Positions 10,877-20,055 of a stretch of DNA of 64,000 nucleotides are shown here, one piece after another. Where the stretch lies: IMG/VR virus record IMGVR_UViG_3300008259_002957, one strand, 5' to 3'. Under the pieces are notes generated by a model. That model saw only the letters and a program-made list of their open reading frames with translations, was not told where the DNA came from and did no database searches. Position 1 is the stretch's first letter. Each line of letters opens with the position of its first letter. The position numbers and the translations under genes were made by a program. The DNA comes from a virus (Duplodnaviria > Caudoviricetes).

Positions 10877-11122
10877 CTAACTCCAGTCCGGGAGGGGTCC
10901 GCCATAGCGTCGGCCCTTGATCTTTCTACCTGAAATATTTTGACGCTTCTTACCAATGGTGTGCCGTACTTTACTGTCACGACTGCGTAGGCCTTGACTC
11001 CTGCAACTGCTCAATGCACTGGCGCCAAGACTGCTGTCACTGCGAGGGCTGAGACACAGTTCACGGCTGGCCTTCCACTCTTCAATATCATCTTCACGGG
11101 TTAATACTTCAAGTATTTTCAT
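10877..11122 (-). CDS. Hypothetical basic protein
   Basis: 81-aa ORF; late-promoter-like ATAAATA upstream. Confidence 0.6.
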   Translation of the reverse strand: MKILEVLTREDDIEEWKASRELCLSPRSDSSLGASALSSCRSQGLRSRDSKVRHTIGKKRQNISGRKIKGRRYGGPLPDWS

Positions 11123-11132
11123 ACAGTATTTA

Positions 11133-11351
11133 TCATCTGTATCTGTCCGCAGGTGCCCCAGATTCGGACACTGATTCCTGTGGCAATCTAAAGGTCAAGG
11201 CCTTGCGTGGACCACGAGTTGTGTTCAGTGAGATCTCGCCGGTCTTCTCAAAATATTCAATCTTGGTAATGGTGGCTGGCTGAAGATTTGGGCCAACAAG
11301 AATAGTCTGCCCTAGTTCTAGGTCTAGGGTGATACGATTAAGTGTACTCAT
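11133..11351 (-). CDS. Hypothetical protein
   Basis: MSTLNRITLDL...; ATG at 11351 with GGAG RBS. Confidence 0.6.
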   Translation of the reverse strand: MSTLNRITLDLELGQTILVGPNLQPATITKIEYFEKTGEISLNTTRGPRKALTFRLPQESVSESGAPADRYR

Positions 11352-11377
11352 GGGAGATCTCCTTCTGTGGATATACA

Positions 11378-11389
11378 TATTTATAAATA
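11378..11389. promoter_or_regulatory. Overlapping divergent T4-type late promoters
   Basis: Palindrome TATTTATAAATA gives TATAAATA on both strands, between divergent ORFs. Confidence 0.6.
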
Positions 11390-11394
11390 CCGTT

Positions 11395-11718
11395 ATGCTG
11401 TTCATTAAAAATATTCCCATAAGTTCACCTCCATGGCGTGTGCAAAATATACGCAGAGGAATCATCTTTGACCAAGACGATAGACACATAGCCACTGTGC
11501 CCAAAGCCGGTGAGATACCTTTCCCGGAACGCAGTGCAAACCTAGCCGTGATCTGTGCTGCACCAGAACTGCTGGCAGCACTGAGAGAAGCAGCCTATCA
11601 CTTGGAAAACGCAGGCGTGCCACTGAATCAATCCTACTACGACTTGATCAATAGAGCCAGCGAGGGTGTTCCCCCACTGACGAGAAAACAACCCCAAGGC
11701 CCCGCTGTTAGTGGTTGA
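11395..11718 (+). CDS. Hypothetical protein
   Basis: MLFIKNIP...ANLAVICAAPELLAAL. Confidence 0.6.
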   Translation: MLFIKNIPISSPPWRVQNIRRGIIFDQDDRHIATVPKAGEIPFPERSANLAVICAAPELLAALREAAYHLENAGVPLNQSYYDLINRASEGVPPLTRKQPQGPAVSG

Positions 11719-11750
11719 CCAAACTGTGCCGCGGCGTATATAATCAGTGC

Positions 11751-11993
11751 ATGAACGATACTACCACACTGTCAATACGCTTTCACACCCATGAACTGCA
11801 CAGGGACAGTATAAAACAACACCTCAATCAACTTATAGGCAATCTCATAGATCCTCAAGACTTCCGTGTGGAGTATGACTATAGCATGACCCGAAGTGAG
11901 GGACAGGAATACACCTGGAGACTGCACATACTCACCGCCATCAGCGAACACCGTGTGGATCTAATTCGGTTGGCCATCAGTGAATACCTATGA
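11751..11993 (+). CDS. Hypothetical protein
   Basis: ATG downstream of TTGACC-N17-TATAAT-like promoter at 11715. Confidence 0.55.
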   Translation: MNDTTTLSIRFHTHELHRDSIKQHLNQLIGNLIDPQDFRVEYDYSMTRSEGQEYTWRLHILTAISEHRVDLIRLAISEYL

Positions 11994-12184
11994 AGTTCAC
12001 GGAGGAACGAATTCTCAAAATCCGAGACAGTGGTTATAGTTGGGCAGAATATCACTGGGACTCAGGATCAGAACTATGGTGCTATCGCAGATGCAGCGAA
12101 GGCTTTTTCGCTCGCTATGACCTACCCAGTAGATTCACAGAAGCAGAACGATTGCTGTGCACAATCAAACTCAGCGACCTATAA
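11990..12184 (+). CDS. Hypothetical protein
   Basis: ATGA-coupled 64-aa ORF. Confidence 0.5.
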   Translation: MKFTEERILKIRDSGYSWAEYHWDSGSELWCYRRCSEGFFARYDLPSRFTEAERLLCTIKLSDL

Positions 12185-12964
12185 CTGATCGCCCACAATC
12201 TCCCAAGCCAACCCTGACTGCAACTCTGCTCTGCTGAACTGCGAATAACTGAGATGTGCCAGCCACGCAGTCAAGTGATCCGGATCCACTGGCTGAAGAT
12301 CTTCCACACTGTCCAGACCCTGACTGTACAAACTGGAGACTGCACTCTCACCTAGTGCTACCACAGGAATTGAATGTCGTGCAGCTTCCACCAATGCTAC
12401 ACTACTGTAGCCAACTACACAAAATGCATCCTCACGTAGGTAATCCACGAAACTGTTGTAAATCAATCTATCACAACGATGCGGCGGACGCTGTCTTATA
12501 CGCACGGGTCTTGAACTGACCTGAGCAATACGACCAACAGTTTCTTCAATCCACGACGCTTGTGATCCTAAATCCCATCTATGACAGGCTTTCTCATCCG
12601 GCGGTACCAACACTATACTACTACCTTGTGGTATCGCTGTAGTATCCACAGTTAAACGCTGCAACCTATCTAGTGGTCTCGGTACTATACTGGTCAAGTT
12701 TTGATAACTGTTTTTGCTGAGTCTGAACAGGCTTTTGTGCTTGCCTGAGTCCCCGAAGTATGCACTGTCTGTGTTGTAAAATGATAACCCATGAGCAGCA
12801 CAATGATCATGTAGACCACGCTTATAACCGCCAGACCAAGCACGATCATGTACTGTATCCGCCAGCATGGTCCCCACATCAACAAACTCTCCACCGGAGC
12901 CGCGACAGAAGTCACTGACACCATAGTCATTGCCTGAACGATCTACACAGATAAAATTAAACAT
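12179..12964 (-). CDS. Capsule-biosynthesis-like / glycosyltransferase-like protein (paralog of 48299-49174)
   Basis: YNTDSAYFG..LFRLSKN, IVLVPPDEK, RPVRIRQRP, SSVALVEAARHSIPVV, WLAHLSYSQFSRAELQSGLAW align with the 48.3-kb ORF; TATAAATA upstream (12970-12977, minus). Confidence 0.7.
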   Translation of the reverse strand: MFNFICVDRSGNDYGVSDFCRGSGGEFVDVGTMLADTVHDRAWSGGYKRGLHDHCAAHGLSFYNTDSAYFGDSGKHKSLFRLSKNSYQNLTSIVPRPLDRLQRLTVDTTAIPQGSSIVLVPPDEKACHRWDLGSQASWIEETVGRIAQVSSRPVRIRQRPPHRCDRLIYNSFVDYLREDAFCVVGYSSVALVEAARHSIPVVALGESAVSSLYSQGLDSVEDLQPVDPDHLTAWLAHLSYSQFSRAELQSGLAWEIVGDQL

Positions 12965-12991
12965 GCAGATATTTATAATCTGGCCCCGCTG

Positions 12992-13285
12992 TTAACTGCC
13001 CAACAATGGATCATCCGCCCAACGTATAATACAATAGTCTAATAAACTTCTAGCATGAGCAGCCGAAATTCTAAACCATTCCCCGCGAGTTCTATACGGA
13101 CCCAACTCAAAATGCACTTTACGCTCTAATAGACGAACACGCGATCGATCTACCCGTACCGTATAATACACACGCAATGGCAGAGGATATCCTGTTTGTA
13201 AACTTCTACATCTACTCTCAGGATCCGTACTATAACCTATCTTAACCACACTCTCAGAAACATCACACACTATATACAAAAACAT
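12992..13285 (-). CDS. GIY-YIG-like T5orf172/MUG113 domain protein
   Basis: FLYIV...VKIGYSTDPESRCRSLQTGYP...LERKVH...RGEWF. Confidence 0.85.
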   Translation of the reverse strand: MFLYIVCDVSESVVKIGYSTDPESRCRSLQTGYPLPLRVYYTVRVDRSRVRLLERKVHFELGPYRTRGEWFRISAAHARSLLDYCIIRWADDPLLGS

Positions 13286-13376
13286 AATAGTATATAGTAA
13301 TTAAAAGGCCCCGCTGTTAGGTTCTGTAAACACACACTCTAAACTATACTGTTACAGCAAACCCATGGCCCCGCTG

Positions 13377-13562
13377 TTAGGTTTTGCGTTTAGACTGTTT
13401 AGCGGATAACTCTGCTACGCTGGAGACTAGACTGCGGCAATCGCCACACACAAATCTTTTTCTCAGTATACGAAAGATCTCTTCCGCAGATCCTGCACCA
13501 GTGAAGTTCACTGTGTCCCGAATCTCATCTACTGTGAGGTTGTTGCACACGCATACTCGCAT
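13377..13562 (-). CDS. Bfd-like [2Fe-2S] ferredoxin
   Basis: VCVCN...CGDC (CxC...CGxC) spacing of bacterioferritin-associated ferredoxin. Confidence 0.75.
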   Translation of the reverse strand: MRVCVCNNLTVDEIRDTVNFTGAGSAEEIFRILRKRFVCGDCRSLVSSVAELSAKQSKRKT

Positions 13563-13873
13563 AATACTATATATCAGGGAGATGGTATAAGCCTGTGATA
13601 CCGCTGTATAAAGAGCGACTGTATAGAATGAAACGATTGGTGAGAAAGCGAATAAAATGGTTTGAAAAGGTTTGGAGAGAAACTGAAAAGTATTTACACA
13701 TAGCCTCTCAGGACCTCAGCCAAAGGTTTAAAAAACTGTTATAACCGTATGATCATAATAGAGCAATCAGAAAAAACCACGTCATACGGTGTCTAACGAC
13801 ACGCCGATCGGACCCTGATGACAAGCCTCTCTAATAGGATCAATGGGTCAGCAGCGGGTCTAACTACGCAGTA

Positions 13874-14473
13874 TAAGTGTTTGATCGTGTTGGATTTTTT
13901 TATACAGTGAGATCACGGGCTTATAAGTCATTGATCGTGTTGAACTTTTTCTACTATACAATTCAAGGGGTTACTAAGTCATTGAAAAGATTCGGAAATT
14001 TTTTCTTGTTTGATTTCACAGACTTAGGCGGAATGGTATTTGTCAATGAGTTTAAATGGTTACATTCGGGGTGGTGGTGGTGCTAAGTCATTGAAAACGT
14101 TGTGGGGAGGTGGAGACTGTATACTGTGGCGGAATTGTGGGGTGGCACAATGGGGCAATTTGGTGGATGGTTTAACGTTAAACCAATTTGGCAGGATGGT
14201 TTAGTGTTAAACTATCGTGGAGGAAATGGTTTAATGTTAAACCTTCTCCCGCGGGTGGTTTAGAGTTAAACCTTACAACCGGAGGTTGTGAGATGGTTTA
14301 ATCATTAAACCATAGGTTCAGGGTTCGGCGACCCTCGCGTTCCCTACTCGGTGCGTGTCCGCACACCTTTCCTGGCCTCACTTACAGTATAACACATCTT
14401 GCCCCGAACGCAACCAGAAGTGATCTAACAAAATCAATGACTTACAAAATAAATTTTTTTTCTAAGTCGTTGA
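13874..14473. repeat. TAAGT(C/G)(A/G/T)TTGA repeats
   Basis: Direct copies at 13874, 13924, 13975 (about 50-bp period), 14084 and 14463; inverted copy at 14434-14444. Confidence 0.85.
14169..14311. repeat. Array of five palindromic GGTTTA-N4/5-TAAAC(C) elements
   Basis: Starts at 14169, 14198, 14228, 14257, 14295; the first copy GGTTTAACGTTAAACC is a perfect palindrome. Confidence 0.9.
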
Positions 14474-14556
14474 GATTGTTGGAGACTTTGTGCTTGCATA
14501 TACGTGTAGACAGTGTATAACTAACACATAGAGGGACATACAAGAGGGAACACACA

Positions 14557-14745
14557 ATGACATTCCATCAACAAGTAGCCAAGTTCGTAGCCAACAACCT
14601 CAACCGAGACGCAGACCGCTATGAACAGATCTGGAGCATCAAGAGCGCACTGCTCGCACACGGTTATCAACTGCTGGCAACAGACAGAGAGACCATTGAC
14701 AGTGTGCTAGACGTTCTGTTCAGAGAACACAATTTCTCAGCATAA
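14557..14745 (+). CDS. Early hypothetical protein
   Basis: Own promoter cassette and GAGGGA RBS. Confidence 0.75.
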   Translation: MTFHQQVAKFVANNLNRDADRYEQIWSIKSALLAHGYQLLATDRETIDSVLDVLFREHNFSA

Positions 14746-14811
14746 ACCGGTTGACAGTGCCCTGCTCATGTGCTATTGTATATGAGTAGGGCAACACAAG
14801 AGGGAACGAAG

Positions 14812-15096
14812 ATGGGATACTTTCTTTACGATCGGCACGACACTCGCATCGTCAGCAAGGAGTACAAGACTCACGCCGCCGCTCAAGCTCAACTGACTCG
14901 GATGGGCAAGGGTCAATTGCAAACAGATCCTAATCATCCAATCTACTGTTACGGCGTCGCAGAGAAAGAGTACTACTTCCGTCACATTGAGCGCAAGGTT
15001 GTGCGAGTTAACTTGATGAGCGGTGTTGAGTACGAGGAGAGTGTGAACACGCCGTTGGCTTGCTCGCCTGCTTCGGAAACCTACTGGAGCATGTAG
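14812..15096 (+). CDS. Early hypothetical protein
   Basis: MGYFLYDRH...; ends TPLACSPASETYWSM; own cassette. Confidence 0.8.
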   Translation: MGYFLYDRHDTRIVSKEYKTHAAAQAQLTRMGKGQLQTDPNHPIYCYGVAEKEYYFRHIERKVVRVNLMSGVEYEESVNTPLACSPASETYWSM

Positions 15097-15162
15097 AAAC
15101 TGGTTGACACGGCCAGCGGGTCGTGTTATAACTGTGACATAGGGCAACACAACGAGGGCACG

Positions 15163-15354
15163 ATGGAAAGCAAACCGTTCTACGTCAAGCAAGACTTTGT
15201 CAAACTCCTGCGTCAGAAGCGCGGCACAGAATACACCATTGGCTGGTTGGCTATGGCTTACTCCATGCCGCCCGTGCCCGAAGCACAGGAGATGGAGATC
15301 ATCCAAAAGGAAATCCCCGTCCTGCAGGCTTTGCCGGACTACGACGGCATCTAA
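15163..15354 (+). CDS. Early hypothetical protein
   Basis: Own cassette, GAGGGC RBS. Confidence 0.75.
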   Translation: MESKPFYVKQDFVKLLRQKRGTEYTIGWLAMAYSMPPVPEAQEMEIIQKEIPVLQALPDYDGI

Positions 15355-15426
15355 GAGGTTGACAGCACAGACTAGACGTGCTATAACTAACACATAGAGC
15401 AACACAGTGTAGAGGGAATATACACA

Positions 15427-15837
15427 ATGGGAACTCGTTCAACTATTGGGATCCAGAACGCAGACGGCACTGTCACTGGCATCTACTGCCACTGGGACGG
15501 CTACTTGAGCCACAACGGCCGAATCCTTGCTGAGAACTACACGGACGAAGACAAGGTGCGTAAGTTGATCGGTCTTGGCGATATCAGCAGCCTGGGACCG
15601 CACATTGGCAATCAGCACGACTTTGACAATGCTCCTACGCTGTCGTGCAATGCTTACGGTCGCGATCGTGGCGAGAAGGATGTTGCTGCTCGCACTCTGC
15701 ACAACTGGCGTCAGTTCTGTGCTGAGAACGGGCAGGAGTATGACTACCTGTTCACTCCTGGTGCTGGCTGGCAGGTTCGCACCTACAACGGCATCTACGA
15801 CCTTGCTCGTGCATTGGCAACAGAAACCGTAGAATAA
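15427..15837 (+). CDS. Early hypothetical protein (widespread phage family, MGTRSxIG...IYCHWDGY)
   Basis: Recognisable N-terminal motif; own cassette. Confidence 0.85.
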   Translation: MGTRSTIGIQNADGTVTGIYCHWDGYLSHNGRILAENYTDEDKVRKLIGLGDISSLGPHIGNQHDFDNAPTLSCNAYGRDRGEKDVAARTLHNWRQFCAENGQEYDYLFTPGAGWQVRTYNGIYDLARALATETVE

Positions 15838-15900
15838 TGGTTGACACAGCCCTGCTCATGTGCTATTGTATATGAGTAGGGCAACACAAGAGGGACTGAG

Positions 15901-16140
15901 ATGTACAAGATCTATGGCGACTATGGTTACACCAGCGAATGCCTGCTGCATGAAGCTGACACTCGTAGCGAAGCCCTGCGTTGGGCAGACCGTTACACTG
16001 CCGACGACTTTGGCGGCTATGCTGTGATTGATGTTGCGGTTCACCTCAGCAACGGCGAATACAGCACCATCCAGACCTACCGTGCAGAAGACTACGAGTA
16101 CGAAGGCGATGACGATTTTGCGCTGATTGATGAATTCTAA
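15901..16140 (+). CDS. Early hypothetical acidic protein
   Basis: Own cassette. Confidence 0.75.
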   Translation: MYKIYGDYGYTSECLLHEADTRSEALRWADRYTADDFGGYAVIDVAVHLSNGEYSTIQTYRAEDYEYEGDDDFALIDEF

Positions 16141-16209
16141 GGTTGACAACCACTGTAGATGTGTTAGTATGTGTGAGTAGAGAGAAACATAGCAGAGAGG
16201 GAACACGCT

Positions 16210-16575
16210 ATGACCAACGCTATCGCAATCCGCAACGAAATGCTGGAACAGGCTGCAACCGTTGCCACGGACTATGTTCGTGAGTGGACTGCTAAGACGG
16301 GCGGCAATGCCTACGGTGAACCCATGTATTGCGGCTTCGCTTGGGTCACTGTATATCCTCAGCACAAAGGCAACACCCGCGACGGCAAAGCTGAGCGCAA
16401 GGTGCTGGAAGACATGGGCTTCCGCAAAGACTGGACGGGCAAGGCTTACGAATACTGGAACCCCAGCAAGTGGGGCGGGCAGAGCATGGATGTAAAGGAA
16501 GCAGGCGCTCGTGCTGCCGCTGACGTGCTTCGCAAGTATGGATTCACTGCCTACGCTGGTTCGCGAGCAGACTGA
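16210..16575 (+). CDS. Early hypothetical protein
   Basis: CGFAWV...GGQSMDVKEAGARAAADVL; own cassette. Confidence 0.8.
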   Translation: MTNAIAIRNEMLEQAATVATDYVREWTAKTGGNAYGEPMYCGFAWVTVYPQHKGNTRDGKAERKVLEDMGFRKDWTGKAYEYWNPSKWGGQSMDVKEAGARAAADVLRKYGFTAYAGSRAD

Positions 16576-16646
16576 GGCAGAAAGAGGTTGACAGGGCGGC
16601 AACGCCCTGTTATAACTAACACATAGGGCAACAAGGAGACGACGAG

Positions 16647-16880
16647 ATGGCACGTTCGATTCGCGAAATTACCAACCGTATCTATGAAGCCGTTGACGAA
16701 GGCGTGCTGACTTGGCAGCAGATTGCCGAAGCCGCTCTGACGTATATGAGCGAAAGCGATGTGGCTGACATGGCTCACAACGAAGAGTTCTTCATGTATG
16801 AAGACGAGGAAGAAGACGAGGAAGAGTGGTCGCCCTACACCGCAGACTTCAATGACAAAGGTTCCATCCACCACTACTGA
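16647..16880 (+). CDS. Early hypothetical acidic protein
   Basis: Own cassette. Confidence 0.75.
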   Translation: MARSIREITNRIYEAVDEGVLTWQQIAEAALTYMSESDVADMAHNEEFFMYEDEEEDEEEWSPYTADFNDKGSIHHY

Positions 16881-16953
16881 TTTTGGTTGACACACCCCTA
16901 CTTGTGTGCTATAACATACGAGTAGGGCAACACTGCTAGAGGAGCACAAGCAG

Positions 16954-17349
16954 ATGGCATACGGTGATTTCGTTACTGAGGTTGGTGAAACGGTTGGTAT
17001 TGTTCGTCAACATCGCCACGGCACGATCTTGATGAGCCGCTTTGGCACTGTAACCAAAGTCAACGGACACGGACACATCTTTGTCCAGTGCGAAGACCGG
17101 GAGTATCGCTTCACCAAGACGGGAGATGCTTACAAAGACTCCTACGGTCCTAGTTTGATGCAGGCTGCTAAACTGCGTATGATCCAGGAGAGTGAGACTC
17201 GTCGCAAGGAGCAGGTGCGTGTGGCTCGTGCTATGGAGCAGACGCTCAAGGAGGGATACTCCTATGCGGGTCGCTTCTTCCCCACCGCAGAGCGTATCGC
17301 GGCTCTGAAAAATCTTTTGTCAGAGTTGGAAAATCTGGTTGACCATTGA
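16954..17349 (+). CDS. Early hypothetical protein
   Basis: Own cassette; 3' end runs through the next -35 box. Confidence 0.75.
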   Translation: MAYGDFVTEVGETVGIVRQHRHGTILMSRFGTVTKVNGHGHIFVQCEDREYRFTKTGDAYKDSYGPSLMQAAKLRMIQESETRRKEQVRVARAMEQTLKEGYSYAGRFFPTAERIAALKNLLSELENLVDH

Positions 17350-17395
17350 GTCAACCAGTGCTATAACTAACACATAGGGCAACGAGGAGCACACG

Positions 17396-17581
17396 ATGAA
17401 CGACGCAAGAGCAGAACAGTGGCAGCGGCTGATCGACCTGCTTGACGAAGCAGATGCGATTCAGCAGAAACTGCTGGGCGACGAGGATGCTGCGGCGTGC
17501 TATGAGTTCCACAATCAGTTGAACAACATGGCCGACGAGTTCACTGACTTGGCCAACAAAGATGGCTACGAAATCGGTTGA
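17396..17581 (+). CDS. Early hypothetical protein
   Basis: Own cassette; TGA stop lies within the next TTGACA. Confidence 0.75.
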   Translation: MNDARAEQWQRLIDLLDEADAIQQKLLGDEDAAACYEFHNQLNNMADEFTDLANKDGYEIG

Positions 17582-17642
17582 CACTGTAGACTAGACGTGC
17601 TATAACTAACACATAGGGCAACACAGTAGAGGGAACTACAAG

Positions 17643-17912
17643 ATGCTGACACTGGAACACACCGTCCGTTCGTACGCCGGCAAGCCTGGCTGCATGTGCG
17701 GCTGCAACGGAGTCTACAACGAAGGCGACCGTGCTCGCAAGATGGCGCTGACGGCGCTGCTGAAGAACCCAGAGGTTCGCTTGCAGGCTTGGAAGCCCAG
17801 CGATGATGCTGGTTGCTTGTTTGTTGAAACTGATACTCGCAACCGTGTGCTGTACCTCACTGAAGCAGGTGTAGCCGCTGCCCGTGCTATGGGCGTGAAA
17901 GAGGAGAAATAA
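17643..17912 (+). CDS. Early hypothetical protein
   Basis: YAGKPGCMCGCNG motif; own cassette. Confidence 0.75.
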   Translation: MLTLEHTVRSYAGKPGCMCGCNGVYNEGDRARKMALTALLKNPEVRLQAWKPSDDAGCLFVETDTRNRVLYLTEAGVAAARAMGVKEEK

Positions 17913-17913
17913 G

Positions 17914-18156
17914 ATGTCTGTTATGGAACTGTTGAAGACTGCTTTTCCGCGCACCAAGAGCACCAAGCACACTGCGTTCTGCGAACGTATCCCAATGGTG
18001 GTTTTTGAACTTGTGGAAGAGCAAGTGCGGACTGAGATGCGGGCAAAAGGTTATGTCACTCGCTATCGTGGGCCGCGTGTGAGCAATAACACCTACGGCA
18101 ATCCTACAACCACTCGGCGCTGCGACGCAACTCATGTTCTGCTCTATCGCAAATAA
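17914..18156 (+). CDS. Early hypothetical protein
   Basis: Second cistron with GGAG RBS. Confidence 0.7.
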   Translation: MSVMELLKTAFPRTKSTKHTAFCERIPMVVFELVEEQVRTEMRAKGYVTRYRGPRVSNNTYGNPTTTRRCDATHVLLYRK

Positions 18157-18217
18157 TGGTTGACACAGGTCACGATTCGCGCTATAACTAACACACAACG
18201 AGGCAATGGAGGGTAAC

Positions 18218-18772
18218 ATGCCGAACTGGTGCAATAACTCAATTGAAATCGAAGGTCCTGTAGAGAAGATTGCTGCACTGTGGGCTGAGGCTTCCGCTGG
18301 CGGCGAAGGCGCGGCTCTGCTCAATGCTCTGTGTCCGATGCCAGCAGAACTCTTAGAAGGTGAAGCCTGGTATGGCTGGCGTGTGGCACACTGGGGAACC
18401 AAGTGGGACATTGACATGCAAGGTCTCGAGTTTGTTGACAACGAACAAGGTCGTGCCTGTATCACAGGTTGGTTTGATTCGGCTTGGAGCCCGCCTGTTG
18501 ATGCGTTCCAGTCTTATGCTAATGAGAATCCTGATGTAGACATGGAACTCAAATACTTCGAGCCCGGCATGTCGTTTGTAGGTGTTTGGGATAGTGAAGG
18601 TGGTGATGCCTATTGGGATGGCGTTGGCGAGTTGCTGGACACCACTGAAGAGCAAGACGCTGTTCTGTTTGAACTGTTGGAACACTTTGATGTGGCCGGT
18701 TGGTTCGAGACTGACGAAGAAGAGAACCTTGAGATCGACCTTGACGGCGGTGTGAGTGCCATCAACGAATAA
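18218..18772 (+). CDS. Api92/YubB-like ferredoxin-like domain protein (DUF1281-like)
   Basis: MPNWCNN...WYGWRVAHWGTKWD...FDSAWSPP...YFEPGM. Confidence 0.85.
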   Translation: MPNWCNNSIEIEGPVEKIAALWAEASAGGEGAALLNALCPMPAELLEGEAWYGWRVAHWGTKWDIDMQGLEFVDNEQGRACITGWFDSAWSPPVDAFQSYANENPDVDMELKYFEPGMSFVGVWDSEGGDAYWDGVGELLDTTEEQDAVLFELLEHFDVAGWFETDEEENLEIDLDGGVSAINE

Positions 18773-18841
18773 TAATGGTTGACACACCCCTACTCGTGTG
18801 CTATAACATACGAGTAGGGCAACGCTGCTGAGGAGCACACG

Positions 18842-19117
18842 ATGGCACGTAAGACGATCGAAGTTGGCAAGATACTGCGGATGGCTAACACCTTCCTTGC
18901 TGCAACTAACACCCGCGACGACGAGCGTGAAGGCGTGTGTGCGCTGCTGGAGGCTGTGCTGTTTGAGTCGGGCAACTATGAAGGCTTCCGCTATTTGGAA
19001 GGCAGTGACTATCCGGAAGAAGTTCCAAGCGGTAGCCGCCGCTTCTACTTCGCAAGCAAGACTGTGCTTGCAGATGAAGCAGAGGAACTTCGCAACGTCA
19101 ACCGCATCCGTGTGTGA
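18842..19117 (+). CDS. Early hypothetical protein
   Basis: Own cassette. Confidence 0.75.
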   Translation: MARKTIEVGKILRMANTFLAATNTRDDEREGVCALLEAVLFESGNYEGFRYLEGSDYPEEVPSGSRRFYFASKTVLADEAEELRNVNRIRV

Positions 19118-19127
19118 GGAGAACCGC

Positions 19128-19292
19128 ATGAACCCTTTGGCTTTTTTTGCAATGGTAGGGTTTGTACTGTTGCTGATCGTCAGCACCGCAGCCTACACCT
19201 TTTCCAAATGCGGCTGGTATGCCTTTGCACTGGGCAAAGGTGCTGGGATGGCTGCCGTCACTGGCATGTGCGATAAACTCAACGAGGAATAA
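19128..19292 (+). CDS. Small membrane protein
   Basis: MNPLAFFAMVGFVLLLIVS..., GAGGAG RBS. Confidence 0.6.
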   Translation: MNPLAFFAMVGFVLLLIVSTAAYTFSKCGWYAFALGKGAGMAAVTGMCDKLNEE

Positions 19293-19293
19293 C

Positions 19294-19413
19294 ATGGACT
19301 GGACTATTGAAGAATACCTAGCGTTCGAACAGCACCTGTTGGAACAAGCAGAAAAAGATGCAGACGATTATGAGATTCCGGTTGACGAACCTGTCTACTG
19401 GTGCTATAACTAA
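19294..19413 (+). CDS. Small acidic protein overlapping the next promoter
   Basis: MDWTIEEYL...VDEPVYWCYN; GAGGA RBS; last codons encode the -35 and -10 boxes. Confidence 0.5.
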   Translation: MDWTIEEYLAFEQHLLEQAEKDADDYEIPVDEPVYWCYN

Positions 19414-19440
19414 CACATAGGGCAACAAGAGGACCACAAG

Positions 19441-19722
19441 ATGAACAACTTTGCAACCGCCATCACTGCAATCCACAAGATGGACAACGACGAACTGAAC
19501 GCTGTGGTTCGTGCAATCAAAGACCGCCGCACCTATCTTGCTCGTCAGCAGGCTGTGACCTTTGCTGTGGGCGACCGTGTGTCGTTCGCTGCTCGTGGTA
19601 TGCAGGTGCTGGGTACCGTTACCAAGATCAACATCAAGACCGTCCAAGTTCGTCAGAGCAACACTGCTACGGTTTGGAAAGTCCACGCAAGCCTGCTCCG
19701 GCCAGTGAAAGAAATGGCTTGA
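19441..19722 (+). CDS. Early hypothetical protein (SH3/KOW-like C-terminus)
   Basis: FAVGDRVSF...GTVTKINIKTVQV...WKVHASLL. Confidence 0.8.
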   Translation: MNNFATAITAIHKMDNDELNAVVRAIKDRRTYLARQQAVTFAVGDRVSFAARGMQVLGTVTKINIKTVQVRQSNTATVWKVHASLLRPVKEMA

Positions 19723-19775
19723 CAGGTTGCTGTATACGTGCTATAACTAACACATAGAAACACAAGAGGGACACG

Positions 19776-19964
19776 ATGAAAGATTACATGACACTGATCG
19801 CAGTCATTGACCGGTTGGGCGATATTGCAGAACTTCCGTCAGCTAAGATCCGCGAAGCACTGGATCAATACATTGCTCAGTTGGAAACAGAGGTTGCTTA
19901 TGTTGAACGAGAGATGGAACGTGAACACCAGATCGATGTGATGTTCGAGAACGTGCCAGTATAA
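19776..19964 (+). CDS. Early hypothetical protein
   Basis: Own cassette. Confidence 0.75.
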   Translation: MKDYMTLIAVIDRLGDIAELPSAKIREALDQYIAQLETEVAYVEREMEREHQIDVMFENVPV

Positions 19965-19967
19965 ATA
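19960..19967 (+). promoter_or_regulatory. T4-type late promoter for the tRNA cluster
   Basis: TATAAATA 6 nt upstream of the first tRNA. Confidence 0.6.
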
Positions 19968-19973
19968 GACAAC

Positions 19974-20049
19974 GCCCGGTTAGCCCAAAGGTAGAGGCAA
20001 CAGACTTAAAATCTGTCAAGCGTCGGTTCGACCCCGACACTGGGTACCA
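19974..20049 (+). tRNA. tRNA-Leu(UAA) with short variable loop
   Basis: Hand-folded cloverleaf: acceptor GCCCGGT/ACTGGGT, anticodon arm ACAGA-CTTAAAA-TCTGT, T arm GTCGG-TTCGACC-CCGAC, ACCA end. Confidence 0.9.
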
Positions 20050-20055
20050 AACATT

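Larger units (their letters stand above)
13590..14480. other. Non-coding block with several repeat families (possible origin, packaging or regulatory region)
   Basis: No credible ORF; TAAGTCATTGA repeats, a palindrome array, and one arm of a long-range inverted repeat. Confidence 0.7.

Noticed and set aside
9445-13285. HNH and T5orf172 genes as mobile introns or IS elements
   Set aside because: Free-standing ORFs with no interrupted host gene, terminal repeats or target duplications visible.
14169-14311. Palindromic repeat array as a mini CRISPR array
   Set aside because: Repeats are 16-17 bp, spacers only 13-22 bp, copies are degenerate, and no cas genes are present.
19974-20049. Ochre suppressor tRNA or stop-codon recoding
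   Set aside because: Anticodon UAA reads UUA (Leu), not UAA; core genes are full length under the standard code and use all three stops.
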